The notes beneath the pieces are model-generated. The model ran no database searches. It saw only the letters and a list, made by a program, of their open reading frames with translations, and had not been told where the DNA came from. A program made the position numbers and the translations under genes. A stretch of DNA of 64,000 bases from a virus, in IMG/VR virus record IMGVR_UViG_3300046170_000502, positions 113,352-177,351 of that record; one strand, given 5' to 3'. Below are positions 9,846 to 18,817 of the stretch, in pieces. The number at the start of each line of letters is the position of its first letter. Positions within the stretch are counted from its first letter, which is position 1.

Positions 9846-9874
9846 ACTTTACCACATAAAAGATTATTTGTCAA
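9846..9874 (-). promoter_or_regulatory. Sigma70-type promoter
   Basis: TTGACA-17-TAAAGT with extended TG. Confidence 0.7.
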
Positions 9875-9934
9875 TATTTTTATATATTATATATATTATT
9901 TTAAAATATATCATTATTCCTATACTATTAACAT

Positions 9935-9974
9935 CGTTCAATTTTTTGAATGTCCCACGTTCATTTTTTTGAAT
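9935..9974. repeat. Two 17-bp direct repeats with dyad symmetry (operator/iteron candidates)
   Basis: CGTTCAATTTTTTGAAT and CGTTCATTTTTTTGAAT, 23-bp period, each TTCA-N6-TGAA. Confidence 0.6.
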
Positions 9975-9979
9975 TTAAC

Positions 9980-10008
9980 TTGACTAAAAAACATTTTTAC
10001 TGTATGAT
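9980..10008 (+). promoter_or_regulatory. Sigma70-type promoter
   Basis: TTGACT-17-TATGAT preceded by TG. Confidence 0.7.
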
Positions 10009-10016
10009 AATTGCAT

Positions 10017-10328
10017 ATGAAGAAATTTATACAAGTTCCAGTAGAAATTCAAAACGACGTAATAGATGGTAAACTAATAGGAAACGACTTATTAATTTAT
10101 AACTACCTAGTAATTAAAGCTGGACACGGAAAGCCGATTTACTATTCAAACGAGAAGATAGGGGAAGACTTAGGTGGAATGTCCTACGGGAAGATATCTG
10201 CAAGCTTAAATAGACTAATGAAAGCTAAACATATAAAAAGAAGAAAAACTTGCAATAAAACAGAAACACAGCTAAGGACAGTAATAAGGGATTCTAATAA
10301 CATTTTAATAAGAGGGCAGAAGAAATGA
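10017..10328 (+). CDS. Winged-helix DNA-binding protein
   Basis: LLIYNYL...YYSNEKIGEDLGGMSYGKISASLNRLMKAKHIKR, a replication-initiator-type wHTH pattern. Confidence 0.65.
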   Translation: MKKFIQVPVEIQNDVIDGKLIGNDLLIYNYLVIKAGHGKPIYYSNEKIGEDLGGMSYGKISASLNRLMKAKHIKRRKTCNKTETQLRTVIRDSNNILIRGQKK

Positions 10329-11038
10329 AAACAGCTTTATGTTTTAGTGGTAAATTAGGCAAATGGGAGCTAACTAAAAAATCAATTCTTGAAAAAATAA
10401 TAAAGCCCTTAAAACCTGATATATTTCTTAGTACATGGAAAAATGAAAATTTTAAAGAATTTATCAGCTTCTATAAACCCAAAAAAATAGAAATATTAAA
10501 TTTCGAAGACTGTAAAAAAGATATTTTCGGAAAAAACTGCAACCAGAAACTAGGCTTAAGACCTATGTGTTATGGCATGTCCAGGAGCTTCAGCCTAATC
10601 TCAAGAAAATATAAGGATTACGATCTAATAATTAGATTAAGACCGGACCTAGAGATCATCGATTCACTTAAGAGGCATGAGATAAAAACCAATAAATACA
10701 TAAAACTACCATTTTACGAAAGCCATTCGATATACAATCATGAAAAAGAGCTATCTAAGGGCATGTCATTTAGTTTCGTTTTTGAAAAATCAATATTACC
10801 CAATCAAATCAATGACCAGATAGCTTTGGGCCCACCTCAATTAATGAAGCAGTACATGAATTGCTTTAATTTAATCGACCACGCAGTGGAGTTCCTAAAG
10901 AATAACGGCTACCCAAGTTACATGTCAGAGGTTCCAGAGAGTGTATTAACTATGTGCTTAAAGCTTAACAACATTCATTACGCAAGGTTGTCGGGCACTT
11001 CTGACTTCGGTAACCTAAAGGTAAAACTAACTAAATGA
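10325..11038 (+). CDS. Glycan-locus protein, putative glycosyltransferase
   Basis: MKTALCFSG...YDLIIRLRPDL...NDQIALG, a pattern common in phage glycan loci. Confidence 0.5.
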   Translation: MKTALCFSGKLGKWELTKKSILEKIIKPLKPDIFLSTWKNENFKEFISFYKPKKIEILNFEDCKKDIFGKNCNQKLGLRPMCYGMSRSFSLISRKYKDYDLIIRLRPDLEIIDSLKRHEIKTNKYIKLPFYESHSIYNHEKELSKGMSFSFVFEKSILPNQINDQIALGPPQLMKQYMNCFNLIDHAVEFLKNNGYPSYMSEVPESVLTMCLKLNNIHYARLSGTSDFGNLKVKLTK

Positions 11039-12411
11039 TTAAGCTTATAATATTCGACCTGGATGGTGTTTTAGTTGAATCAAGAAACCTTCACTACATT
11101 TGCCTAAATAAAGCCTTGGAAGAAATTGACCCAAGCTTTTCAATAAACAAAGAAGAGCATCTCTGCAAATACGACGCTCTAACCACAACACAAAAACTCA
11201 ATAAACTAACAAAAGAAAAAGGTCTCCCCAGAAACCTCCACGATAAAGTCTGGAGGATCAAGCAAGAAAAAACAATTGATCAAATCAATTCTTACGACAA
11301 GGATCAAAGGATAATATCTATCTTAAAAAAACTAAAACAAAAGGGTTATAAGTTAGCGTGCGCAACAAACTCTATCAGGGAAACTTCTAAATTAATTTTA
11401 ATTAAAAAAGGTTTCTTCGACTATATAGATTTACTATATTCTAACGAGGACGTAAACAACCCAAAGCCTAGCGCAGAGGTCTATATGAGGTGTATGATAA
11501 AGCTCGGCGTAAACCCTGACGAGTCAATCATAATTGAAGATTCGCACATAGGCCGTAAGGCGGCAATCAGGAGTGGAGCTCACTTATGCGCAGTAAAGGA
11601 TTCGAGTGACTTGACTTTTGATAAAATTAATAATACTATAGTTGATGCAGATAAAAAAACGCAAATTTCACCAAAATGGCAAGGAGGTAAAATGAATGTT
11701 CTGATACCGATGGCAGGTGCCGGTTCAAGGTTTGAGCGGGCAGGGTATACCTTTCCGAAGCCTCTTATAGATATAAACGGTAAACCTATGATACAAAGGG
11801 TTGTCGAGAATTTAAATATTGACGCAAGGCATATATTTATAGTTCAAAAGCACCACTATGAAAAATATTCATTAAAACATACATTGAATCTAATATCACC
11901 GAATTGCGAGATAGTTCAAGTGGAAGGAGTAACCGAAGGGGCAGCCTGCACGACACTACTAGCAAAAAAGTTTATAAACAATGAAGAACCCTTAGTGCTA
12001 GCAAACTCTGATCAATACGTAGACTGGGACAGTAATCAATTCATGTATTCATGCATGGCTGACAACATAGACGGATCGATACTAACCTTCAATTCAACTC
12101 ACCCAAAGTGGAGTTACGCCAAGTTAAATAACGAGGGGCTCGTCATTGAAGTCGCAGAGAAAAAACCGATTAGTAATAATGCTACAGTAGGAATATACTT
12201 CTGGAAGAGGGGCCTAGATTACGTACGTTGCGCGGAATCTATGATAGAAAAAGATATAAGAGTTAATAATGAATTCTACGTTTGCCCTACTTACAATGAG
12301 GCATTACTTATTGGAGGGAGAATAAAAACTTTCCATATTGAAAAAATGTGGGGACTCGGAACCCCAGAAGATCTTGAGGCATTTCTTAAGCATGATCCTT
12401 GTAGCTCATAG
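11035..12411 (+). CDS. HAD phosphatase / sugar nucleotidyltransferase fusion
   Basis: FDLDGVL, KP and EDS HAD motifs, followed by IPMAGAGSRF...PKPLI of NTP transferases. Confidence 0.88.
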   Translation: MIKLIIFDLDGVLVESRNLHYICLNKALEEIDPSFSINKEEHLCKYDALTTTQKLNKLTKEKGLPRNLHDKVWRIKQEKTIDQINSYDKDQRIISILKKLKQKGYKLACATNSIRETSKLILIKKGFFDYIDLLYSNEDVNNPKPSAEVYMRCMIKLGVNPDESIIIEDSHIGRKAAIRSGAHLCAVKDSSDLTFDKINNTIVDADKKTQISPKWQGGKMNVLIPMAGAGSRFERAGYTFPKPLIDINGKPMIQRVVENLNIDARHIFIVQKHHYEKYSLKHTLNLISPNCEIVQVEGVTEGAACTTLLAKKFINNEEPLVLANSDQYVDWDSNQFMYSCMADNIDGSILTFNSTHPKWSYAKLNNEGLVIEVAEKKPISNNATVGIYFWKRGLDYVRCAESMIEKDIRVNNEFYVCPTYNEALLIGGRIKTFHIEKMWGLGTPEDLEAFLKHDPCSS

Positions 12412-12814
12412 GGGAAATATCAACGGGCCAAACCCGGAAAAAGAAAACTCAATAGAGTATATAGAAAGTGCAATCAAGCAAGGTTTTGATGTCGAAATAG
12501 ACCTATGGGCCAAAGAGAAGCTTTGGCTGGGTCACGACAAGCCCCAGTATGAGTGCCCAACAGAATTTCTAATAAAAAACAGCAACAAACTCTGGATTCA
12601 TTGTAAAAATCTAGAAGCTATGGATATACTCGCCGAATTTAGAACATTGAACTTCTTCTGGCACGAGTCTGATGATTTCACATTAACTTCGAAAAAATTC
12701 ATATGGACATATCCGGGCAAAATGGTTTGCAATAAAAGCGTACTAGTAGTAGAGGATGCTAGGCAATACTCGGGGCAGATATGTTTTGGATTATGCTCTG
12801 ATTATTTAAGGTGA
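12392..12814 (+). CDS. Glycerophosphodiester phosphodiesterase-like protein (start ATG 12392)
   Basis: AHRGN...ENS...GFDVEIDLW...LGHD. Confidence 0.75.
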   Translation: MILVAHRGNINGPNPEKENSIEYIESAIKQGFDVEIDLWAKEKLWLGHDKPQYECPTEFLIKNSNKLWIHCKNLEAMDILAEFRTLNFFWHESDDFTLTSKKFIWTYPGKMVCNKSVLVVEDARQYSGQICFGLCSDYLR

Positions 12815-13692
12815 AATACTGGAACCCGCACAACCTAAAAGATGAATACGGAAATCCAGTTGATTACGTACCCAATTTTACAAATCTCCAACTAACACTC
12901 CAAAATAACCTTCTAAAAAAATTTGAAGAGCTTGAAAATAAAATATCAATAATCATCCAAGGTCCACTAAATAAAAGGTCAATTAATACGATACCTCGTT
13001 ATTTAAATTGCGGCGAAGTTGTACTAAGCTACTGGGATCAGGACGACAAAAAACTTCTAGAAAAGGTAAGCGGAAAAGTGAAATTAGTTGAAAATAAAAT
13101 AAAAGACGTATCCCCCTTTCTATTTAAAACAAGAAATAAAAATCCATTCGCATACCAATACTTCACCACATTAAATGGATTAAAGTCCGCGAGCTCAAAT
13201 CTAGCAATTAAAACTAGATCCGACGAATCATACCCCGACTTAAATCCTTTCATAAAAAATATGAAAGATAATATGAATTTCAAAAATAAAGATGGATCTT
13301 ACAATTGGTTTAAGTTAACATGTTGTAATATATATTTCAGAAAAGATAAAGAATTTAAATTCCACCCATCAGATCACCTTATAGGCGGAAATAGATCTAG
13401 ATTAATAAATACATTCGAAAAATGTTTACACAAATGTAAATTCGGCCAAACTAAATACACAACACCAGAACAGCTAATAGGAACAAGCGCCATTGAGACC
13501 TATTTTGACCCACTGTTGAAGAAAAACGATATAGCTAACCCAACAATTTCATCAAGCCTAATGAAGAAGCATTTCTCAATAGTTAGGATAAAAGATCTAC
13601 CAAAATGCACTTGGACATCGAGCTACAGGCAATACCACGAACTAAAAGGGGAAGAGGACTGGTGTCACAGTATTAACGAAATAGATAGTTGA
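12811..13692 (+). CDS. WavE-like LPS/glycan synthesis protein
   Basis: ISIIIQGP, LSYW, TLNGLK...AIKTRSD, HPSD. Confidence 0.55.
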   Translation: MKYWNPHNLKDEYGNPVDYVPNFTNLQLTLQNNLLKKFEELENKISIIIQGPLNKRSINTIPRYLNCGEVVLSYWDQDDKKLLEKVSGKVKLVENKIKDVSPFLFKTRNKNPFAYQYFTTLNGLKSASSNLAIKTRSDESYPDLNPFIKNMKDNMNFKNKDGSYNWFKLTCCNIYFRKDKEFKFHPSDHLIGGNRSRLINTFEKCLHKCKFGQTKYTTPEQLIGTSAIETYFDPLLKKNDIANPTISSSLMKKHFSIVRIKDLPKCTWTSSYRQYHELKGEEDWCHSINEIDS

Positions 13693-13737
13693 GAAAATTG
13701 TAAAAACTCATAATATCATTATATTATTTAAACTATT

Positions 13738-14310
13738 ATGAGCATATCACTATACAAACCAAACAGCAAAAACGCGGGTTGCGCGTTTAAATTTTCAATC
13801 GGTCAAAACAAAAAAAAAGAACCAACTCTTTACGTTAGCGCGATCCAGCAGTATAGCTGGGATGATACTAAAAAAATCGGAAGCTTCTCCGGTAATGGGG
13901 ACGATCCAGATAAAAAAATTAGCTTAAAGTTTTCAGAATTCGAGGTGGGAGGTATGATTAGTTCCTTCAAAAATAGGAATGAGTATTCATCATTTCACTC
14001 TTACGACACAAACAAAACCTCAATAAAATATACCCCCTGGGATAAAAAATCAAAAGTAAAGAGGGGGGACAAAGAAGAGTGGATAACCCTACCAGCATTC
14101 GGTATCACTTTTGTTAGAAATGGAAATCAAACATTCAGAATACCGCTTGAGCCGGGTGAGGTGGAGAACCTAATTACCTTCTTTAAATTCTTTTTAAGTA
14201 CCTTGTACTCATATAGAAGGGAACAGGAAGCGATCTCTCTTGAAGAATACAGGTCAAAAAACAACACAACTCAAGGCTCTAATAATCAAGAAGATGATGC
14301 CCCTTTTTAA
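13738..14310 (+). CDS. Hypothetical protein
   Basis: 190 aa with an acidic C-terminus ending in APF, reminiscent of SSB-like tails. Confidence 0.7.
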   Translation: MSISLYKPNSKNAGCAFKFSIGQNKKKEPTLYVSAIQQYSWDDTKKIGSFSGNGDDPDKKISLKFSEFEVGGMISSFKNRNEYSSFHSYDTNKTSIKYTPWDKKSKVKRGDKEEWITLPAFGITFVRNGNQTFRIPLEPGEVENLITFFKFFLSTLYSYRREQEAISLEEYRSKNNTTQGSNNQEDDAPF

Positions 14311-16220
14311 TGAAAAAGAAAAAGGTATTAATCCACAGCAACCACTGTAAGGCTCTTACTGGTTTTGGTAAGCATACTAAAAATATACTTATATACTTAC
14401 AGAAAACAGGTAAGTACGAATTAGTTGAACTCTCGAATGGGGTAAAACAGGGTGACCCTTCACTTAAAAAACTCCCATGGACTTGCGAGGGCTCTCTACC
14501 AAATGATCCAAATTTACTAAAAAAGTTAAATAAAGATCCTAAGTTAGCGAGGAATGTGAGCTACGGCTCCGAAATGGTTGATAAAATAATAGAACGAGAA
14601 AAACCTGATGTCTATATAGGGATAGAGGATATTTGGGCTTTTTCGGGATACCCCGAAAAAAGTTGGTGGAATAAAATTAACTGCATGATATGGACCACGC
14701 TTGACAGTCTACCCATCCTACCGGACGCAGTAAAAGCTGCACCGAATATAAAAAATTACTACACCTGGGCTTCGTTCGCACAAAAATCTCTAAATGAAAT
14801 GGGTCAAAACCATGTAAAAACATTAAGAGGTAGCCTTGACGCTTCTAATTTTTTCAAAATTGAAAAACAGCAAAGATCTCAAATTAGAGAAAAGCTTGGT
14901 ATTAAGAAAGATGACTTTATCATAGGTTTTGTTTTTAGAAATCAGTTAAGAAAAAGCGTACCGAATTTACTTGAAGGTTTTAAATTATTCTTAAACAAAA
15001 ACCCGTCATGTAATGGGAAATTATTACTCCACACGCACTGGAATGAAGGTTGGGATATACCTAGGTTACTAAAAGAAAAAGATATCGACCCATCAAGAAT
15101 ATTAACAACGTATTTCTGCAAAAAGTGCGGGGAATATGAAATCAAAAACTTTACAGGTGAGAATATTAATTGTCAACTCTGCGGCTCTGAAAAATCTCAA
15201 ACCACAACCAACACGAAGTCGGGAGTCTCAGAAGAGCAGCTAAATGAAATTTACAATATCATGGATGTATACTGCCACCCATTCACAAGTGGCGGGCAAG
15301 AAATTCCGATACAAGAAGCTAAATTAACTGAATTAATAACCCTTGTGACAAACTATAGTTGCGGAGAAGACTGTTGCGTAGAGGAGGCTAACAGTCTGCC
15401 CTTAAGCTGGAGCGAATATAGAGAGCCTGGAACCCAATTCATCAAAGCAAGCACAAGCCCTGACAGCATATGCAATCAGTTATCAAAGGTCCTATCTATG
15501 ACTGACAAAAAAAGAAAAACGATGGGCAAAAACGCAAGAAAGTTTGTCTTAGAAAACTACAGCATAGAAGTTATTGGAAAAAAACTTGAATCAATTATAG
15601 ATGAAATGCCAGAAGTTTGCTGGGATTTTGATTTCAAAATAGAGGAGAGAGACCCTAATTATAAACCCAACAACAGTTTAAGTGACCCAGATTGGATCCT
15701 GGACCTTTACAAAAATATCTTAAAGATTGAAACTAATAATCTAGAAGATGGACACAAACATTGGATGAATCGGTTACAGACAGATCTAACAAGAGATGAT
15801 GTTCTTAAATATTTTCGAGAGGTTGCAAAAAAAGAGAATAAAGAAAACAAAAAAACAGAACTAGCGGACTTACTAGATCAGGACGACGAGGGTAAGAGGC
15901 TTTTGATTGTTATGCCTGAAAGAATAGGTGATATTTATTTATCAACCTCCCTTCTACCCAACATTAAAAAGCAGTATCCAGAATATAATATATACTATGC
16001 AACAAGACCCCAGTATTTTGAAATTCTAGATGGAAATAATTACATACATAAATGTATACCCTATCAAGACTCTCTCGCAAACCTCCCCGTTATGGAAGGG
16101 CAATGGGAGAATAAAGGTTATTTTGAAATAGTTTTTATACCATTCCTAGGGACACAGAGAGTGATCAATTTCCCTCATAACACGAAAGATAGAATACAAT
16201 TTGATTTATGCACCTACTAG
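14310..16220 (+). CDS. Multidomain glycosyltransferase (GT4 with CxxC insert, DUF4214-like helix bundle, GT9 N-terminal-like domain)
   Basis: TGFGKH, GFVFRNQLRK, HPFTSGGQEIPIQEA; CKKC...CQLC; LYKNILK...GHKHW; MPERIGDIYLSTSLL. Confidence 0.75.
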   Translation: MKKKKVLIHSNHCKALTGFGKHTKNILIYLQKTGKYELVELSNGVKQGDPSLKKLPWTCEGSLPNDPNLLKKLNKDPKLARNVSYGSEMVDKIIEREKPDVYIGIEDIWAFSGYPEKSWWNKINCMIWTTLDSLPILPDAVKAAPNIKNYYTWASFAQKSLNEMGQNHVKTLRGSLDASNFFKIEKQQRSQIREKLGIKKDDFIIGFVFRNQLRKSVPNLLEGFKLFLNKNPSCNGKLLLHTHWNEGWDIPRLLKEKDIDPSRILTTYFCKKCGEYEIKNFTGENINCQLCGSEKSQTTTNTKSGVSEEQLNEIYNIMDVYCHPFTSGGQEIPIQEAKLTELITLVTNYSCGEDCCVEEANSLPLSWSEYREPGTQFIKASTSPDSICNQLSKVLSMTDKKRKTMGKNARKFVLENYSIEVIGKKLESIIDEMPEVCWDFDFKIEERDPNYKPNNSLSDPDWILDLYKNILKIETNNLEDGHKHWMNRLQTDLTRDDVLKYFREVAKKENKENKKTELADLLDQDDEGKRLLIVMPERIGDIYLSTSLLPNIKKQYPEYNIYYATRPQYFEILDGNNYIHKCIPYQDSLANLPVMEGQWENKGYFEIVFIPFLGTQRVINFPHNTKDRIQFDLCTY

Positions 16221-17395
16221 AACAATATGCCCTATCCTGTGGCGTAAAGATAGATAAACCCTTCATAGAAACTTCTTATTTTCCAGTAGTTCCTGAAAAA
16301 TATATAACACTGCATGCGAGCGAAAGGATTCAATCAAAAACATACGACTATTATAATGACGCAATAGCATTAATCAGACCTTTTTTATTAAAAGAGGGTA
16401 TACAAATAGTTCAAATAGGATCAAATAAAGAGTCCTGTATATCCAACTGCATACAACACCAAGGTAACACAACTATAAAGCAAGCTGCATATATAATCAA
16501 AAACTCGCTACTTCATTTAGGCACTGATTCATTCTCAACCCATGTCGCTTCGGGGTTTGGTAAAAAAATAGTAAGCCTTTATAGCACATTATATAAAGAA
16601 TGTTGCGGTCCATACTGGGGCAACCCGAGTGAACAAGTCCTCCTTGAACCTGACAGGAAAAACAAAAAAGCCTCCTTCTCTGACGTGGAGTACCCAAAAT
16701 CAATAAATACCATAATGCCTGAAAAAATTGCTTGCGCAGTTCTAGACTTACTAAAAATAGAACACAACTTATATAATATAGAAACATTTCACATAGGCGA
16801 ATCTTATCATTCTGGATCATTAGCCGTTATACCCAACCACGTAATGCCTGATAATTTCGCACCAAACCAACCAGCAAATATACTTGGCCACGAGCATTTT
16901 GACGAACACAATATAACGAAATGGGCGTACAGCAGAAAAGTTAATATCTTCTTGAACAAACCGATGCATATCAATTATCTTAGAAGCGTAAAACAAAACA
17001 TCAACCAAATTAATTACTTCGCAACACCAGACGATAACGAGTCATTTTTTAAAGCGGTATCCAAATTAGGCATTCGAGTAAAGATAATATCTAAAGATGA
17101 AAATACAATAAATGATTTAAAATTAAAATTCTTCGACTGGGATGTAAATCTTGTAACAAAAAAAACTAAAAAAGATATTGACAATTACGAAAAAATATGC
17201 AATAATACTCGTTATAAAAGTTCTCAAATCATCGCGTCAGAAAAAAAACTTTACGCAAGTAAAGCTGCTTGGAAAAATAATATCAATGGAAACCATGATA
17301 AAATCATTGACTGCGAAGAGTTCTGGGAAGATATTTCAAACCTAAAACTTTATAACGATAAAAACCATGGTAAAAACAAAGACAGCAGAAAATAA
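16208..17395 (+). CDS. GT9 (heptosyltransferase-like) C-terminal domain protein
   Basis: YITLH...IVQIG...IIKNSLLHLGTDSFSTHVASGFGKKIVSLY. Confidence 0.7.
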   Translation: MHLLEQYALSCGVKIDKPFIETSYFPVVPEKYITLHASERIQSKTYDYYNDAIALIRPFLLKEGIQIVQIGSNKESCISNCIQHQGNTTIKQAAYIIKNSLLHLGTDSFSTHVASGFGKKIVSLYSTLYKECCGPYWGNPSEQVLLEPDRKNKKASFSDVEYPKSINTIMPEKIACAVLDLLKIEHNLYNIETFHIGESYHSGSLAVIPNHVMPDNFAPNQPANILGHEHFDEHNITKWAYSRKVNIFLNKPMHINYLRSVKQNINQINYFATPDDNESFFKAVSKLGIRVKIISKDENTINDLKLKFFDWDVNLVTKKTKKDIDNYEKICNNTRYKSSQIIASEKKLYASKAAWKNNINGNHDKIIDCEEFWEDISNLKLYNDKNHGKNKDSRK

Positions 17396-18181
17396 CTCAG
17401 AAGATTCTCAGCCAAGCGACTTGGCTTACATCAAAAATTACAAAGACGGTCCTGGCAAATTTATTAGAAATGAATTTGGATTACTTGATAATGTAGATTA
17501 TGAATTTGCTGAAGACGGATCTGTTAACTGGAGGTCAATGATAAAAGATGAACATCTCTTTCCTAATAAATCGTGGTTCGATCTAAGAAAGAAAGATGTA
17601 CCTAGATCTATCGATGGACTAAAGGATCATCAGCTCTTGATTAAATTAAGCGGAATTAAAGAGCTTGCGAAATTAAGAGGATTTACAGATGTTTATTATG
17701 ATGTACCGTCAAGTGTGAAATGAACCATGTAGCTATTTTATGCCGAATGAAATTCTCACCAAACTATGAAACCTTTGGCCAATCGGTCATATTCCAAGAT
17801 ATGGCGAATGCAACACTAGACAATACAAGCAGCTTCGCTACAAAATTCCTCGAAACGATAGCTTGCAATCGAGCTTTTGTAAGATGCGTAAGAAACTTCT
17901 TGAATGTTCACATCGTAGGAGACGATGAGATTGATAAATCAAACAGTATAAACAAAAATATCGGATCTTCTATATCTCCATCTCTTACTCCTCATTCTAT
18001 GGTAGAGAATTTAGTTAGAGAAAAATTAAATTGTTCAAACTTTGATGAATTTAAAGTCGTATTAAGGGATTGGTGGAAAGCGGGAAAGTATCAAAATGAT
18101 AATGCTAAAGACTGGAGTGATTTTGGCGACATCTCTCCCACTGATTCTAGAATCTTAATGAAAGTTATAAATTCAGGTTGA
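17367..18181 (+). CDS. Probable single ~270-aa gene split by a frameshift near 17700-17720; ssDNA-annealing (Sak/Rad52-like) candidate
   Basis: The downstream frame is open upstream of its ATG (TVKCEMNHVAILC). ETIACNRAFVRCVRNFL resembles the annealase C-terminal helix. Confidence 0.45.
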
Positions 18182-18797
18182 TATTTTATTTTGCAATTCT
18201 TTAATTTGTTCCTTCATATCATTAATAATACATTGCTGTTCCTTTATCGCACCAACTAAAATTGGAACCATTTTTTCATACTTAACAGCTAGGTATCCAT
18301 TTTTTCTTTCTTCAACTATTTGGGGAGCAATTTTTTGAACCTGTTGAGCTATTAACCCTATATCGCGACCACTATATACCTCCTGATTATCATTCCAATC
18401 AAACTCCACACCATCAACCAATTCAAGCTTTTCCAGGCAGCCTGAAATAGGAGTTATGTTGTTTTTTAATCTTTCGTCTGATGAAAGAAATGCCACAACA
18501 TCTCCATCACAAAAAGTTCCATTTATGCAACCGATAAAAAAAGCATTATCAAATAATACCTGCCCCACATCACCAATTACGTGTGTATTATATTTTAGAT
18601 CAATCCTATTGCTTGCTCCATTAATAACTGTACATCTTCTAGAGTTAGAAATAGTATTATTTGAGCCCTGAATAATTATATTGTTAGGTTCAAAACCTTC
18701 TTGGTCATTAAAAGTAGAGACAGTTGGTGCATCATAAGTTGAGTCATCTATAATAAAATGACGGTGGGCTCGGAATGGATACTTGTGGAGTTGACAT
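18173..18797 (-). CDS. Tail fibre-associated protein with peptidase S74 intramolecular chaperone domain (frameshift at 18755-18758)
   Basis: SSDERLKNNI...IGLIAQQV...YLAVKYEKMVPILVGAIKE. The frame runs upstream to ~18760; removing one T joins ATG 18797 (MSTPQVSIPSPPSFIIDD). Confidence 0.75.
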
Positions 18798-18805
18798 AAT
18801 TTTAT

Positions 18806-18811
18806 TTACAC
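18806..18811 (-). promoter_or_regulatory. Candidate late promoter GTGTAA
   Basis: 8 nt before the reconstructed ATG 18797. Confidence 0.6.
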
Positions 18812-18817
18812 ATTATA

